From NCBI GenBank assembly GCA_001730065.1, contig MDLE01000007.1:4435-68434 (forward strand): a stretch of DNA of 64,000 nucleotides, written 5' to 3'. The translations under genes and the position numbers were made by a program. This document shows, in pieces, positions 28,727 through 38,916 of this stretch. The notes under the pieces were generated by a model. The model was not told the DNA's origin. It was given only the letters and a program-made list of their open reading frames with translations, and did no database searches. The DNA comes from Rickettsiales bacterium (ex Bugula neritina AB1). GTDB taxonomy: Bacteria; Pseudomonadota; Alphaproteobacteria; CAJXXZ01; UBA1459. Positions within the stretch are counted from its first letter, which is position 1. Each line of letters opens with the position of its first letter.

Positions 28727-28817
28727 AAGATAATTTTAAATAATAATAAGATATAATTAAAATAAATAGAAGCCTAACTAATAAAAATAATTAATAAAAA
28801 TAATTTTATAAATTTAT

Positions 28818-29951
28818 GTGTGGCAACAAATTCGTAGAAAATCACAAATTCCTCCAAAAAGAAAATGGAGAGTATGGTGTATTTTAGCTGGTAGAGGTTT
28901 TGGAAAAACTCGTACAGGTGCAGAAACACTACAGGAGTTTATGACAAATGGTAAATATAAAAAAGCAGCAATTATTGGTGCATCTATTTTAGAAGTAATG
29001 AATATTATGTTATATGGTAATAGTGGTTTAATGACCATCAATCCAAAATTAAAATATATATCGAAAAATCACACTGTTGTATGGCCAAACAATAGTATTG
29101 GTATATGTTTTGGAGGTGAGTATTTTGATAAAATTCGTGGTTATGAATTTGATATTGTGTGGATTGATGAATTTGCAAAAATTAAAAATGCTAATTTATT
29201 ATGGGAACAAATTCAGTTTTCTCTTAGAATAGGTAATAATAATAAAATTATTATTACAACTACTCCTAGAAATATACAAATACTAAAAGATATTATTAGT
29301 TTACCGGATACATATCTAACAAATGGTAGTTCTTATGAAAATAAAAAAAATTTATCAAAAGATTTTTATAAAGCTATCAAACAATATGAAAATACAACAA
29401 TTGGTGATCAAGAAATTTACGGAAAAATTACTAATGATCATGTTTTATGGAATAAATCACATATTATTTATGATAACTCTAAAATTATAAAATATGTAAT
29501 TGGTGTAGATCCTGGTTTTCAAGGTAAAAGTGAAACAGGTATTATTTTAGCGGGTATGAGTATAGATAACAATTATTATATTTTAGAAGATTATTCAGGT
29601 TATTATAAACCTGATGAATGGACTTCTTTAATTGCTAAAATTGCTAATGAATATAAAGCAGAAATTATTTTAGAAGTAAATCAGGGTGGTAATTTTTTAT
29701 CTAATATACTTACAAGAGATATTAAAAATATAAAAATCCATGAAGTAAGAGCAACACAGAGTAAATATGAAAGAGCAATGCCTATATTCCTTTTATATAA
29801 TAAAAAACGTGTTTATCATAAAAAATTATTTCCATTATTAGAGGAACAAATGTTATATTTTACTCATAAAAAAGATAGATTAGATGCTTTAGTTTGGAGT
29901 GTTTATGGATTATATAAAAAAAAAACTTTAACAACTACTTTACTTTTTTAG
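28818..29951 (+). CDS. Phage/GTA-type terminase large subunit (RcGTA g2-like)
   Basis: [35 protein letters not shown] matches the conserved GTA TerL N-terminus (GRGxGKTRxGAE Walker A). It also has Walker [11 protein letters not shown] and nuclease-domain acidic residues ([14 protein letters not shown]). GTG start. Confidence 0.85.
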   Translation: MWQQIRRKSQIPPKRKWRVWCILAGRGFGKTRTGAETLQEFMTNGKYKKAAIIGASILEVMNIMLYGNSGLMTINPKLKYISKNHTVVWPNNSIGICFGGEYFDKIRGYEFDIVWIDEFAKIKNANLLWEQIQFSLRIGNNNKIIITTTPRNIQILKDIISLPDTYLTNGSSYENKKNLSKDFYKAIKQYENTTIGDQEIYGKITNDHVLWNKSHIIYDNSKIIKYVIGVDPGFQGKSETGIILAGMSIDNNYYILEDYSGYYKPDEWTSLIAKIANEYKAEIILEVNQGGNFLSNILTRDIKNIKIHEVRATQSKYERAMPIFLLYNKKRVYHKKLFPLLEEQMLYFTHKKDRLDALVWSVYGLYKKKTLTTTLLF

Positions 29952-30417
29952 GATTCTTCTTATTAGAAATAATCAAATTACAATTTTCTTTTTCTAAAGC
30001 TATTTTAAGATTTTTAGATATATACTCACAAATTATTGTAAATGAATTAGTAATTTTCTCTTTTATATTACCAATAATTTTTACTTTGTTAAAAGCAAAA
30101 GGTTTTTTTATCATTTTTAAATTTAAAATTTTACTTGTAGTAATAATTTTATCTTTTCTAGCAAGTCTAATAATACGATTAATATCTATAGATAATATCT
30201 TGTGTTTTAAACGATTACTATTTGTAAAACCACGAATAGGCAGTGTTCTATAAAAGGGTGTTTGACCTCCTTCAAAACCAGGTCTTACACTTCCTTTTTG
30301 TTTTTGCCCTTTAGAACCTCTTGTAGATAAATCTCCACATCCACTACCTGTGCCTCTACCTTTACGACAAGAAGTTTTTTTATTTTTTGATCTTGTTAAA
30401 TTAGCGAGAAGTTGCAT
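29935..30417 (-). CDS. rplO: Ribosomal protein uL15
   Basis: GRGTGSGCG...[31 protein letters not shown]. Confidence 0.9.
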   Translation of the reverse strand: MQLLANLTRSKNKKTSCRKGRGTGSGCGDLSTRGSKGQKQKGSVRPGFEGGQTPFYRTLPIRGFTNSNRLKHKILSIDINRIIRLARKDKIITTSKILNLKMIKKPFAFNKVKIIGNIKEKITNSFTIICEYISKNLKIALEKENCNLIISNKKNPKKVK

Positions 30418-31000
30418 TTTTTAATTCCTTTCTACGTTCTATTAAATACTCTATTGTTTTACCAGTTCTTTGAGAAATTCTTCTAATAGATTCTAAATTT
30501 TTAAATAACTTAATCATACCACATATTACATTTCTTTTATTAGAAGAACCATGTATTTTTAATACCACATCCTTTAAATTAGCTAATTCAAAAATTTTTT
30601 TTGCTACATCACAACATAATAAACCTGTACCTGCTTTTGCGGATTTTAAATTTAAAATTGTAGCATTATATTTTACAGAAATATCATTTGTAACAGTAAT
30701 ATTTTTACGATTAGGAATATATATCATGTTTTTTGCAGCTTTTCTCGATGCTTTTCTTATAGCTTCTGATACTTCTGAAGCTTTACCTAAACCTACACCG
30801 ATACTACATTCACCATTACCTACTGCCACATAAGCGGTACAGCTGAAAACACGACCTCCTGTGACTACTTTTGAGACTCTTTTAATATACAAAACAGATT
30901 CCGCAAAATCATGTCCAGTGTGATAAATTTTTAAGTTTTTTTTAAAATCTCTTTCTTTTGAAAATTTTTCTTTATTTACTTCTGTCATATTGTTATTCAT
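30401..31000 (-). CDS. rpsE: Ribosomal protein uS5
   Basis: [23 protein letters not shown]...[15 protein letters not shown]; position in the spc operon. Confidence 0.9.
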   Translation of the reverse strand: MNNNMTEVNKEKFSKERDFKKNLKIYHTGHDFAESVLYIKRVSKVVTGGRVFSCTAYVAVGNGECSIGVGLGKASEVSEAIRKASRKAAKNMIYIPNRKNITVTNDISVKYNATILNLKSAKAGTGLLCCDVAKKIFELANLKDVVLKIHGSSNKRNVICGMIKLFKNLESIRRISQRTGKTIEYLIERRKELKNATSR

Positions 31001-31364
31001 TTCCTTCTAATGTTTCAAAAAACTTTTCCAATAATGCTTTAATTAAACCGTGATAACTTTTACCACCTTTGTCAATTACTACTTTTGTAATATTATTTTT
31101 TATTGCCATTTTAGCAAATTCCTCACCGATTATTTTACTGCCATTGATATTATATCCTTTTACACCCTTATTTATCATGTTAGAATTTAAAGATGAAAGA
31201 GCTAATAAAGTTATTGATTTCAGATCATCTACAATAGTTACATATATATGTTTTGATGTTTTTCTAATACACATTCTTGGTAATTGTTGATTACGATGAT
31301 TAACACTTTTAATACGACGTGTTTCACGATTATGTTTTCTAATTCTTTTTAATATAGTCTTCAT
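30993..31364 (-). CDS. rplR: Ribosomal protein uL18
   Basis: PRMCIRKTSKHIYVTIVDD and operon position. Confidence 0.88.
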   Translation of the reverse strand: MKTILKRIRKHNRETRRIKSVNHRNQQLPRMCIRKTSKHIYVTIVDDLKSITLLALSSLNSNMINKGVKGYNINGSKIIGEEFAKMAIKNNITKVVIDKGGKSYHGLIKALLEKFFETLEGNE

Positions 31365-31373
31365 ATAAACCCT

Positions 31374-31952
31374 TTATCTTTTTGCCTTTTTAGTAGTTTT
31401 TTTCTTTGGTTTTATTTTACTGTTATCCCAAATACCTGCACCATTATATTTATTATATTTTCTAATATTACAAATTGCATAACAAAAATCTCCTAATTGA
31501 CAATTATCGGAAGAAAAAACCTCTATTGTTGTAGGATTTTTTAAATTAATCTTAATACCTTCTGGGATTATTTGCACTTTAGGATTACTATAACCAAGAT
31601 TAAATCTTAATAATTTATTATTTTCTTCATGTGTACATTTGTAACCAATACCTGTAATTGACAAAGTTTTTGTAAAACCTACCGTTAAACCTTTAACAAT
31701 GTTTTTTAATAATCTTACGACAGTACCATGAATAGCATAAGATTTTTTAGATAAGTTATTACTATAATTCTCATTTTTTATAATACTTATCTTATCACTA
31801 TCAATAACTGCTTTTAAAAACTCTGGAATTTTAAACATTTTCTTACCTAACTTACCTTCAAAAAACAATTCATTAGAATTATTATCGTATTTAACTTTTA
31901 TATCTTGATGTAAAATTATTTTTTCTCTTGATACTTTACTCATAAAAAACAC
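31374..31952 (-). CDS. rplF: Ribosomal protein uL6
   Basis: Operon position and the two-domain L6 pattern. The true start may be the MSKVSR Met at 31943. Confidence 0.85.
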   Translation of the reverse strand: MFFMSKVSREKIILHQDIKVKYDNNSNELFFEGKLGKKMFKIPEFLKAVIDSDKISIIKNENYSNNLSKKSYAIHGTVVRLLKNIVKGLTVGFTKTLSITGIGYKCTHEENNKLLRFNLGYSNPKVQIIPEGIKINLKNPTTIEVFSSDNCQLGDFCYAICNIRKYNKYNGAGIWDNSKIKPKKKTTKKAKR

Positions 31953-31954
31953 TC

Positions 31955-32371
31955 CTAAAATACTTTAAGTATTAGTTCTCCACCAACTCTTAATTGAGAA
32001 GCTTTAAAAGAACTTAATAAACCTTTATTGGTGGAAATAATAGAAATACCAAAACCATTATAAACCCATGGTATTTTACGACGATTTATATAAATTCTTT
32101 GTCCTGGCTTAGAAACAATAGATATTTTTTTTATAGCAGGAAGATTTTTACTAAAATAACGTAACTTTACTAAAATAAAAAATTTTTTATTATCTAAATT
32201 TTCTTCATAAAAATCTTCTATATAACCTTCTTCTTTTAAAATCTTTACAATACCTAATATTAATTTAGAATAAGGTAAGTATACTGTTTTTAATTTTCTT
32301 GTATAACCATTACGAATAGACGTAATTGCATTCGCCGTTAAACTTGTTATCATAATTCTACCCTTTACCAA
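31955..32371 (-). CDS. rpsH: Ribosomal protein uS8
   Basis: LTANAITSIRNG...VKILKEEGYIEDF. The start is possibly the internal Met at 32353. Confidence 0.88.
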   Translation of the reverse strand: MVKGRIMITSLTANAITSIRNGYTRKLKTVYLPYSKLILGIVKILKEEGYIEDFYEENLDNKKFFILVKLRYFSKNLPAIKKISIVSKPGQRIYINRRKIPWVYNGFGISIISTNKGLLSSFKASQLRVGGELILKVF

Positions 32372-32703
32372 CTAAACTTACTTAAACCAGGAATTTCTGT
32401 CATATTAAGACGCATATAATTTCTACCCAAACCAAATAATCTATAATAAGAACGAGGATCGCCTGTTACTAAACAACGATTTCTATATCTATCCTTTATA
32501 GACCAAGGAGAAAAATTATCTAATTTTCCCTGTAATTTAAACACTTCATATATCTTTTCTTTTCTTTGCTTACTATCTTGAATTTGCAAAGCTTCCTTAT
32601 AAAGGATCTTTATCTTTTTTTTTAATTCCTGTTTTTTAGAATAATGAATTTTGGAAAATTTTTTAATCTTTTTATTTCTTTCTATCGCACCTAAAGAAGC
32701 CAT
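32365..32703 (-). CDS. rpsN: Ribosomal protein uS14 (long, non-zinc form)
   Basis: RNRCLVTGDPRSYYRLFGLGRNYMRL...IPGLSKFSW. Confidence 0.9.
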   Translation of the reverse strand: MASLGAIERNKKIKKFSKIHYSKKQELKKKIKILYKEALQIQDSKQRKEKIYEVFKLQGKLDNFSPWSIKDRYRNRCLVTGDPRSYYRLFGLGRNYMRLNMTEIPGLSKFSW

Positions 32704-33299
32704 TATTTACCACCTTTTTTTATAAAAGGAAATCTAAATTTATTTAACAATAATTCTAAACTTTCTTTGTTTTTACAATTTGTATGTATACTTATTCCCA
32801 TACCAACATAATCCGTTAAAGAAATTTTTTTTATTTCTGGAAAAATACTAATATCCTTTAAACCATAACAATAAGAAAAACCTTTATTATTATTTTTATT
32901 TATAGAATCAATATTAAAACCATTAAATTCATTATTTTGAACACAAGCTATATTAATAAAACGATCCAAAAATAAATACATTTTCTTACCTCTTAAAGTC
33001 ACTTTTAAAGAAATATCCATACCACGACGTAAACTAAAAGCAGCAATGGACTTTTTAGCTTTTATCGTCAAAGGCTTCTGAAAAGATATTCGATGTAAAT
33101 CTTCTTTGTTACGCTCTAATTTAAAATCTTTATTACTCTTCAAAGCTTTTCCACAACACATATCAAGAATAATAGATGTAATTTTTGGTACTTCATGTAT
33201 ATTACTACATCCTAATTCATCCTGCAATTCTTTTGCAATACGTGTATCGTATTCTTCTTTTAATCTTGCTACTAATGTTGTTCTATTTGTCATTACCAT
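32703..33299 (-). CDS. rplE: Ribosomal protein uL5
   Basis: L5-family similarity (LKEEYDTRIAKELQDELGCSNIHEVPKITSIIL) and operon position. Confidence 0.88.
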   Translation of the reverse strand: MVMTNRTTLVARLKEEYDTRIAKELQDELGCSNIHEVPKITSIILDMCCGKALKSNKDFKLERNKEDLHRISFQKPLTIKAKKSIAAFSLRRGMDISLKVTLRGKKMYLFLDRFINIACVQNNEFNGFNIDSINKNNNKGFSYCYGLKDISIFPEIKKISLTDYVGMGISIHTNCKNKESLELLLNKFRFPFIKKGGK

Positions 33300-33687
33300 T
33301 ATCCTTTTGGAGTTTTATTTTTTTTCCTTCAACAAGTTTCTTATCTTGTTTATTTCCTACCTTAAAAACTTCACTATTATCTTTCTTACTAATAAAAACT
33401 CTATAACCTTCTTCATTTTTTATAGATCTTACTTTTGTAATATGACCATCTTTTGTAATATTAGACACATTGGATATATGTATCCATCCTTCCGATTCTA
33501 TAATACCACCTTCTTGATCTTTATTTTTTTTTACAAAATGTTTCATCATACATAATTTTTCAACTTTGACTTTATCTCCATTTTTATTAATCTCAATTAC
33601 CTTGCCAATTTTTCTTTTTTCTTTTCCAGTAATTACAACAACTGTAGCACCCAATGCTACATGTGGTTTAAATTTTTTTTTCATCAT
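33283..33687 (-). CDS. rplX: Ribosomal protein uL24 with K-rich C-terminal extension
   Basis: KOW motif GATVVVITGKEKRKIGKVIEI; 134 aa. Confidence 0.85.
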   Translation of the reverse strand: MMKKKFKPHVALGATVVVITGKEKRKIGKVIEINKNGDKVKVEKLCMMKHFVKKNKDQEGGIIESEGWIHISNVSNITKDGHITKVRSIKNEEGYRVFISKKDNSEVFKVGNKQDKKLVEGKKIKLQKDNGNDK

Positions 33688-34067
33688 AAAATACCACCTT
33701 CAACACTTGATAATAATTTATTTACCTTTAAATGACTTGTTTTCTCTACAAATTCTTTAGGTACATATCCATGAATGGTATTACCTATCATTTCTTTTCC
33801 GTTATTTAATAAAATAACATTGTTAGAATCAAAAAAAATATAAGTACCATTTTTTCTACGTAAAGGATATTTTGTAGTTACAATAAGTGCTAAATATGTT
33901 TCACCTGTTTTTACTTTTGTATTAAACTTAGCTTTTTTAATAGCTACTCTTACAACATCACCAATAATATATTTTTTTTTTTTTGAAAATCCAGGTCCGC
34001 CAATAATACATCCTACATTGCCACCTGAATTATCTATAATTTTTACATAACTTTCACGTTTTAACAT
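33684..34067 (-). CDS. rplN: Ribosomal protein uL14
   Basis: VKIIDNSGGNVGCII...AIKKA...; operon position. Confidence 0.9.
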   Translation of the reverse strand: MLKRESYVKIIDNSGGNVGCIIGGPGFSKKKKYIIGDVVRVAIKKAKFNTKVKTGETYLALIVTTKYPLRRKNGTYIFFDSNNVILLNNGKEMIGNTIHGYVPKEFVEKTSHLKVNKLLSSVEGGIL

Positions 34068-34076
34068 TATTTACCT

Positions 34077-34331
34077 TTATTCAATTATTGTTTCAATTCT
34101 TAAAAATTTATTTTTAGATACTTTAGGAATTTGATACAACAAAACTCTCGTACCTATAGCAATATTTTCTTTTTTAGGATAATCCACTAAATAAACTCTT
34201 GTTTTTTTAACAATTTTTTTATATTTTTTATGAGGAAACTCACGAGACACTGATACATTAATGGTACCTTCTTTACTACGTTTATTACCTACTACAATTC
34301 CTTTGATTTTACCTCTTTGTTTAACGTTCAT
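34077..34331 (-). CDS. rpsQ: Ribosomal protein uS17
   Basis: GIVVGNKRSKEGTINVSVSREFPHKKYKKIVKKTRVYLV pattern; operon position. Confidence 0.88.
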   Translation of the reverse strand: MNVKQRGKIKGIVVGNKRSKEGTINVSVSREFPHKKYKKIVKKTRVYLVDYPKKENIAIGTRVLLYQIPKVSKNKFLRIETIIE

Positions 34332-34378
34332 AATACTATCCTTATATATATTTTCACTATTAATTACTCCTATAGGAA

Positions 34379-34546
34379 TTATACATTATTTTTAGAAGTT
34401 TTTAAACTTCTTATTTCTTTTTTTAAAATACGTTTTGCTTTAATACTTGCTCTTGTATTTTCCTTATTAAAAGTATTATTCAAATTAAGATTGTTTTTAA
34501 GTAAATTTTTTTTTTTTTCAAACAACTCAATATTCAATTCTTTCAT
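34379..34546 (-). CDS. rpmC: Ribosomal protein uL29 (55 aa; below the ORF-track cutoff)
   Basis: My own translation gives MKELNIELFEKKKNLLKNNLNLNNTFNKENTRASIKAKRILKKEIRSLKTSKNNV. It sits exactly between rplP and rpsQ. Its ATG overlaps the rplP TGA stop (ATGA). Confidence 0.75.
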   Translation of the reverse strand: MKELNIELFEKKKNLLKNNLNLNNTFNKENTRASIKAKRILKKEIRSLKTSKNNV

Positions 34547-34968
34547 ATAATTGCCTCCACAAATTTTGTTTTAAAAGGTAATTTATTACCAGAAGCTTCT
34601 AAAATACATTTTACTTCTAATGAACTAATCTTTTCACTAATCACTACTTCTAAAATAACTTTACCAGGTTCTACTTTACAACCCCACAATTCTATAGGAC
34701 CTTTACCACTACCCATACGTGTTTCTGCAGGTTTTTTACTTATAGAAATGTGAGGAAAAACTTTCAAATAAACTTTCACAGTTTTATCTAATTTCTTTAA
34801 TTTTCTTAATACGTTAGCTTTTAAAGTTTCCATTTGTTTATTAGTAAACACACTTCCCTCTAATACCTTTAATCCGTATTCACCAATATCTAAGAGACCT
34901 GAGTCTTTTGTTTGTTTACGAAAACTACGCATTTTAAAACTTTTTCTATTATTATTACGAGGTTGCAT
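34543..34968 (-). CDS. rplP: Ribosomal protein uL16
   Basis: KPAETRMGSGKGPIELWGCKVEPGKVILE; TGA stop. Confidence 0.92.
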   Translation of the reverse strand: MQPRNNNRKSFKMRSFRKQTKDSGLLDIGEYGLKVLEGSVFTNKQMETLKANVLRKLKKLDKTVKVYLKVFPHISISKKPAETRMGSGKGPIELWGCKVEPGKVILEVVISEKISSLEVKCILEASGNKLPFKTKFVEAII

Positions 34969-35737
34969 TATCTACTTCTCCTTTTTTCGTTTGATCTTGT
35001 GAAGAACTTTCTACAGAAGATTTATTACCTTCTTTATTTTCAGTTTTGATTTTTCTTGGAGACAAATTCCTTTCAAGAACTGTATTTTTTGGAATATTAA
35101 TAATAACTGTTACACCAACAATACCATAAACAGTATTTGCTTCTACACTAGTTTTACGAATATCTAACCGAAAGGTATGTTGTGGTAAATTACCTTTTAT
35201 TATTTTTTCTGTCCTTGCTATAGATGCACCTTCTACACGACCTGAACATTGTATTTTAATACCTAAAGCACCATTACGCATTGCATGACTTAATTCTTTA
35301 CGCATTGCTATTTTACAAGGTACACGATTTTCAATTTGACGAGCAATATTATTAGCTATAATATTAGGATCTAATTCAGGTTTAGTAACAAGAACTATAG
35401 AAGTTAAAAATATTTTATTTTCATATTTTTTTTTCTCATATTGACTTTTATCTACATTAAACACTTTACTAAGAATTTTTTTTTTTAAATTTCCTAATAA
35501 ATTAACAACAGCAGCAGGTCTATGAGTATGTATATTTATATTTATTTTAGTATTAACACGTGTTATAGATATATAAGAATATAAATCTCTACTTAAATTT
35601 TTTTTTATTATATCACGTATATGGATATCTTGTTGGAGATTGTCACAATACTTTTTTTTACTATAAGAAAACCACCTACACTTTTTCCAACTATTTAATT
35701 CCACACGCATTACATCTGGATTAACTTTATTACCCAT
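34955..35737 (-). CDS. rpsC: Ribosomal protein uS3 with polar C-terminal tail
   Basis: MGNKVNPDVMRV start, KH domain, GALGIKIQCSGRVEGASIARTE. Confidence 0.92.
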   Translation of the reverse strand: MGNKVNPDVMRVELNSWKKCRWFSYSKKKYCDNLQQDIHIRDIIKKNLSRDLYSYISITRVNTKININIHTHRPAAVVNLLGNLKKKILSKVFNVDKSQYEKKKYENKIFLTSIVLVTKPELDPNIIANNIARQIENRVPCKIAMRKELSHAMRNGALGIKIQCSGRVEGASIARTEKIIKGNLPQHTFRLDIRKTSVEANTVYGIVGVTVIINIPKNTVLERNLSPRKIKTENKEGNKSSVESSSQDQTKKGEVDNATS

Positions 35738-36095
35738 TTTTTACTCCTTCTAAATATAACCAGATATTACTATATCTTTTTAGTAAACGATTAGCACTAC
35801 CCCTTGATCTTGGTTCAGTTCTTTTTAGAAATCTTCCATTACCAACCCATATTTTAGAAATAATCAATGATTTATATTCACATTTAAAATTATTTATACC
35901 ATTACTTATAGCAGATTTTAATAATTTTAATAATATAAAACTTGCTTTTTTTTTGGAAATTTCTAAAATTCTCTTTGCATCTTCTACTTTTTTACCACGA
36001 ATTAAATCTACCACTAAAACTGCTTTACGAGGTGATATTTTACCATTTTTTAAAAATGCTTTTACAGGTATAGTATTACATATTGTTTTATTCAT
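35730..36095 (-). CDS. rplV: Ribosomal protein uL22
   Basis: AFLKNGKISPRKAVLVVDLIRGKKVEDA. I place the start at the internal Met (ATG at 36093-36095), directly after the rpsS stop. The track ORF extends to 36173. Confidence 0.85.
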   Translation of the reverse strand: MNKTICNTIPVKAFLKNGKISPRKAVLVVDLIRGKKVEDAKRILEISKKKASFILLKLLKSAISNGINNFKCEYKSLIISKIWVGNGRFLKRTEPRSRGSANRLLKRYSNIWLYLEGVKNG

Positions 36096-36096
36096 A

Positions 36097-36396
36097 CTAT
36101 TTTTTTCCTTTTTGCTTCTCTTGACGAATTTTCTTTGTATCAGGATGGACGGGAATTTTTCTTGTAGGAGCAAACTCTCCTAATTTGTAACCTACCATTC
36201 CTTCTAATATTCTTACTTCCACAAAATTTTTACCATTATGTATCTGAAATACTAAACCCACAAAATTTGATAAAATAGTGGAACCTCTTGACCATGTTTT
36301 AATAGGTACATTTATTTTTTTTTCTTCTATAGCTCTTTCAACTTTTTTAAGTAATTTATAACATATATAAGGAGGTTTATTACTAGATCTAGTCAT
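36097..36396 (-). CDS. rpsS: Ribosomal protein uS19
   Basis: [48 protein letters not shown]. Confidence 0.92.
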   Translation of the reverse strand: MTRSSNKPPYICYKLLKKVERAIEEKKINVPIKTWSRGSTILSNFVGLVFQIHNGKNFVEVRILEGMVGYKLGEFAPTRKIPVHPDTKKIRQEKQKGKK

Positions 36397-36403
36397 TCTT
36401 TAA

Positions 36404-37291
36404 TTATCCTTTCTTCTTACTTTTTCTTTTAGATGAAATATATCTATCAGAAAGTTTATTCTTTTTTCTAGTTTTCTTACCTTTTACAACACGTCCTGTG
36501 AAATTTGTAAACTTCTTACCACCAGAAGTATCACCACCATTAGGATGATCAACAGGGTTTTTCGCAACACCTCTCACTCTAGGTACTTTACCTAAACGAC
36601 GTTTGTCTCCAGCTTTTGATAGTCTAATTTTTGATCTAATAGCATTAGAAATAGTACCAATTGTAGCTTTACACTTACCACTAAATTTTCTTAACTCTTT
36701 GGAGGGTAATTCTACAACAGAATATCCATCTTCACGTCCCACTAACTTAGCAGTAACACCTGCACTTCTTACAATTTGGGCACCTTTACCAGGTGTAAGT
36801 TCTATATTATATATATTTGAACCTAATGGAATATTTTCCAAATAAGTACAATTACCTACTAAAATATCAACGTTATTATCACCCGCATGAATTTTTTGTC
36901 CTTCAGATATACCTTCAGGTGCTACAATATAAGAGTAATTATTATTACCATCTTGTAGTAATGCAATATTTGCAGTTCTATTAGGATCATACTCAATTCT
37001 TTTTACATAAGCTTCTACACTATTATCTTTAAATCTATGAAAATCTATTTTTCTATAAATTTTTTTATAACCACCACCTCTACCAGTAATAGTTTTTCTT
37101 CCTACATTATTACGTCCACCAGTATTTTTAACACGAACACATAAACTTTTCTCAGGATTACCTTTCCATAAATGTTTTTTTTTTAATCTTATTAAACCTC
37201 TAGTACCAGGTGTTACAGGTCTGTATTTATTAAGTAACGGATGTTTTTGTATTGTTTTTTTACTTTTTATTTGCTTTTTCTTTTTAAGCAT
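36404..37291 (-). CDS. rplB: Ribosomal protein uL2 with K-rich N- and C-terminal extensions
   Basis: PVTPGTRG..., GRNNVGRKTITGRGGGYKKIYRKIDF, GVAKNPVDHPNGGDTSGGK. Confidence 0.93.
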   Translation of the reverse strand: MLKKKKQIKSKKTIQKHPLLNKYRPVTPGTRGLIRLKKKHLWKGNPEKSLCVRVKNTGGRNNVGRKTITGRGGGYKKIYRKIDFHRFKDNSVEAYVKRIEYDPNRTANIALLQDGNNNYSYIVAPEGISEGQKIHAGDNNVDILVGNCTYLENIPLGSNIYNIELTPGKGAQIVRSAGVTAKLVGREDGYSVVELPSKELRKFSGKCKATIGTISNAIRSKIRLSKAGDKRRLGKVPRVRGVAKNPVDHPNGGDTSGGKKFTNFTGRVVKGKKTRKKNKLSDRYISSKRKSKKKG

Positions 37292-37301
37292 ACTTTTTCC
37301 T

Positions 37302-37631
37302 TTATAACTTATTTACATCAATAACTTGATTTTTTTCTAAAGTAATCATAGCTATTTTTTTTGAAGATGTTACTTTATATTTGTTATTTTTAAATTTTCC
37401 TTTACCAGGTTGATTTTTAATATTTACTTTTTTTACATTTACAGAAAATAAATATTCTATGGATTTTTTTATAATAGGTTTATGCGCCCATTTTGCCACT
37501 TCAAATGTATACACATTCAACCCTTCTAGAACTTTTGTAGACAATTCAGTTACTACAACTGACTTCAAAACATCACAAAAAGTAGCATTTTGTGGATTCT
37601 TATAAATAATTTTTCTTTGATTTAATTTCAT
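37302..37631 (-). CDS. rplW: Ribosomal protein uL23
   Basis: Operon position and the L23 pattern (YTFEVAKWAHKPIIKKSIEYLFSVNVKKVN). Confidence 0.85.
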   Translation of the reverse strand: MKLNQRKIIYKNPQNATFCDVLKSVVVTELSTKVLEGLNVYTFEVAKWAHKPIIKKSIEYLFSVNVKKVNIKNQPGKGKFKNNKYKVTSSKKIAMITLEKNQVIDVNKL

Positions 37632-38257
37632 AACACACCTCTCTCAATTAATCTATCAAAGGCATTTTTTGATATTAGTATTAAATCCCTACCTACTAAA
37701 CTCAATACATTAATACCAATTTGGGGAATAAAATCTACTTTATAAACATTACTTAAAGATTTAAGTAAATTAATATTTTTTTCCATATCAACAAATAAAA
37801 TAGAATTACTATTAAAATTTTTTTTTACATCTAAAATAGTTTTAGTAGAAGGTTTTTCTATGTTTAAATTATCAATAACTAATAATTTATTTTCCATTAT
37901 TTTCATACGAAAAGATTCCATTAAAGCCTTTTTTCGTAGTTTTTTATTTAATTTATATTCATAAACACGTCCATCAGGACCGAAAATAGTAGCACCACCT
38001 CTAAATTGTACCGCATATTTACTTCTATGACGAGCTCTACCTTGGCCTTTTTGTTTATACATTTTTCTTCTACTTCTATCTATATCACTAACATTTTTAG
38101 TGGAATGAGTCCCAGATCTTTTTTTACTTAACTGCCATTTAATAACCTCATCAATAATCGTTCTATTAATTTTATCTTTAGAGATATAGTAACTATTATC
38201 TATTTGTAAATTATTAATTTCTTCATTTTTTAAATTACATAGTTTTAAACTAAGCAC
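37628..38257 (-). CDS. rplD: Ribosomal protein uL4
   Basis: RKMYKQKGQGRARHRSKYAVQFRGGATIFGP. Confidence 0.9.
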   Translation of the reverse strand: MLSLKLCNLKNEEINNLQIDNSYYISKDKINRTIIDEVIKWQLSKKRSGTHSTKNVSDIDRSRRKMYKQKGQGRARHRSKYAVQFRGGATIFGPDGRVYEYKLNKKLRKKALMESFRMKIMENKLLVIDNLNIEKPSTKTILDVKKNFNSNSILFVDMEKNINLLKSLSNVYKVDFIPQIGINVLSLVGRDLILISKNAFDRLIERGVL

Positions 38258-38906
38258 TGATATGTCCTTTCACTTTTTTTCTAGGAATTGTTACAATTAC
38301 ATAACCTTTGTTTACACCTGGAACAGAACCCTTTAATAATAAATAATTATCTATTTTTTTGTGAACTTTTAAATTACGCATAGTTACGTTACGACCACCA
38401 TCACGACCCGCCATTTTTTTATTAAGCATAGTTCTACCTGGCTCCGTACGACCACCAGTTGAACCAGGGCTTCTATGACAAGGACCAGTACCGTGACTAG
38501 CTGGTAAACCACTAAAATTATGTCTTTTCATGACACCAGAAAATCCTTTACCTTTTTCTTTACCTTGCACATTTACAATTTCTAGATTAAACTTTCCTAA
38601 ATCTACGGATTCACCTACAGAAATCTCAGGAACAACAGGTGTTTCATACAACTTACCAATATTTGATAAATTATTTTTCTTTATAAAACCTTCAATACTT
38701 TTATGATATCTTTTAGAATTATTCTTTTTATCTATGTAAGTTTTTTTTTTATATCCTGTTGATAATATATAACTTTCATATCCATTCTTTTCTTTATCTT
38801 TTTTAAGTATACATATAGTAGGTTCTAATTGTAATACTGTTACAGGTACTGATTTTTGTTTTTCAAATAAACTTGTCATACCAATTTTTTTAAAAATTAA
38901 CTTCAT
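38250..38906 (-). CDS. rplC: Ribosomal protein uL3
   Basis: GKGFSGVMKRHNFSGLPASHGTGPCHRSPGSTGGRTEPGR. Confidence 0.92.
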   Translation of the reverse strand: MKLIFKKIGMTSLFEKQKSVPVTVLQLEPTICILKKDKEKNGYESYILSTGYKKKTYIDKKNNSKRYHKSIEGFIKKNNLSNIGKLYETPVVPEISVGESVDLGKFNLEIVNVQGKEKGKGFSGVMKRHNFSGLPASHGTGPCHRSPGSTGGRTEPGRTMLNKKMAGRDGGRNVTMRNLKVHKKIDNYLLLKGSVPGVNKGYVIVTIPRKKVKGHISA

Positions 38907-38916
38907 TATTATCCAC

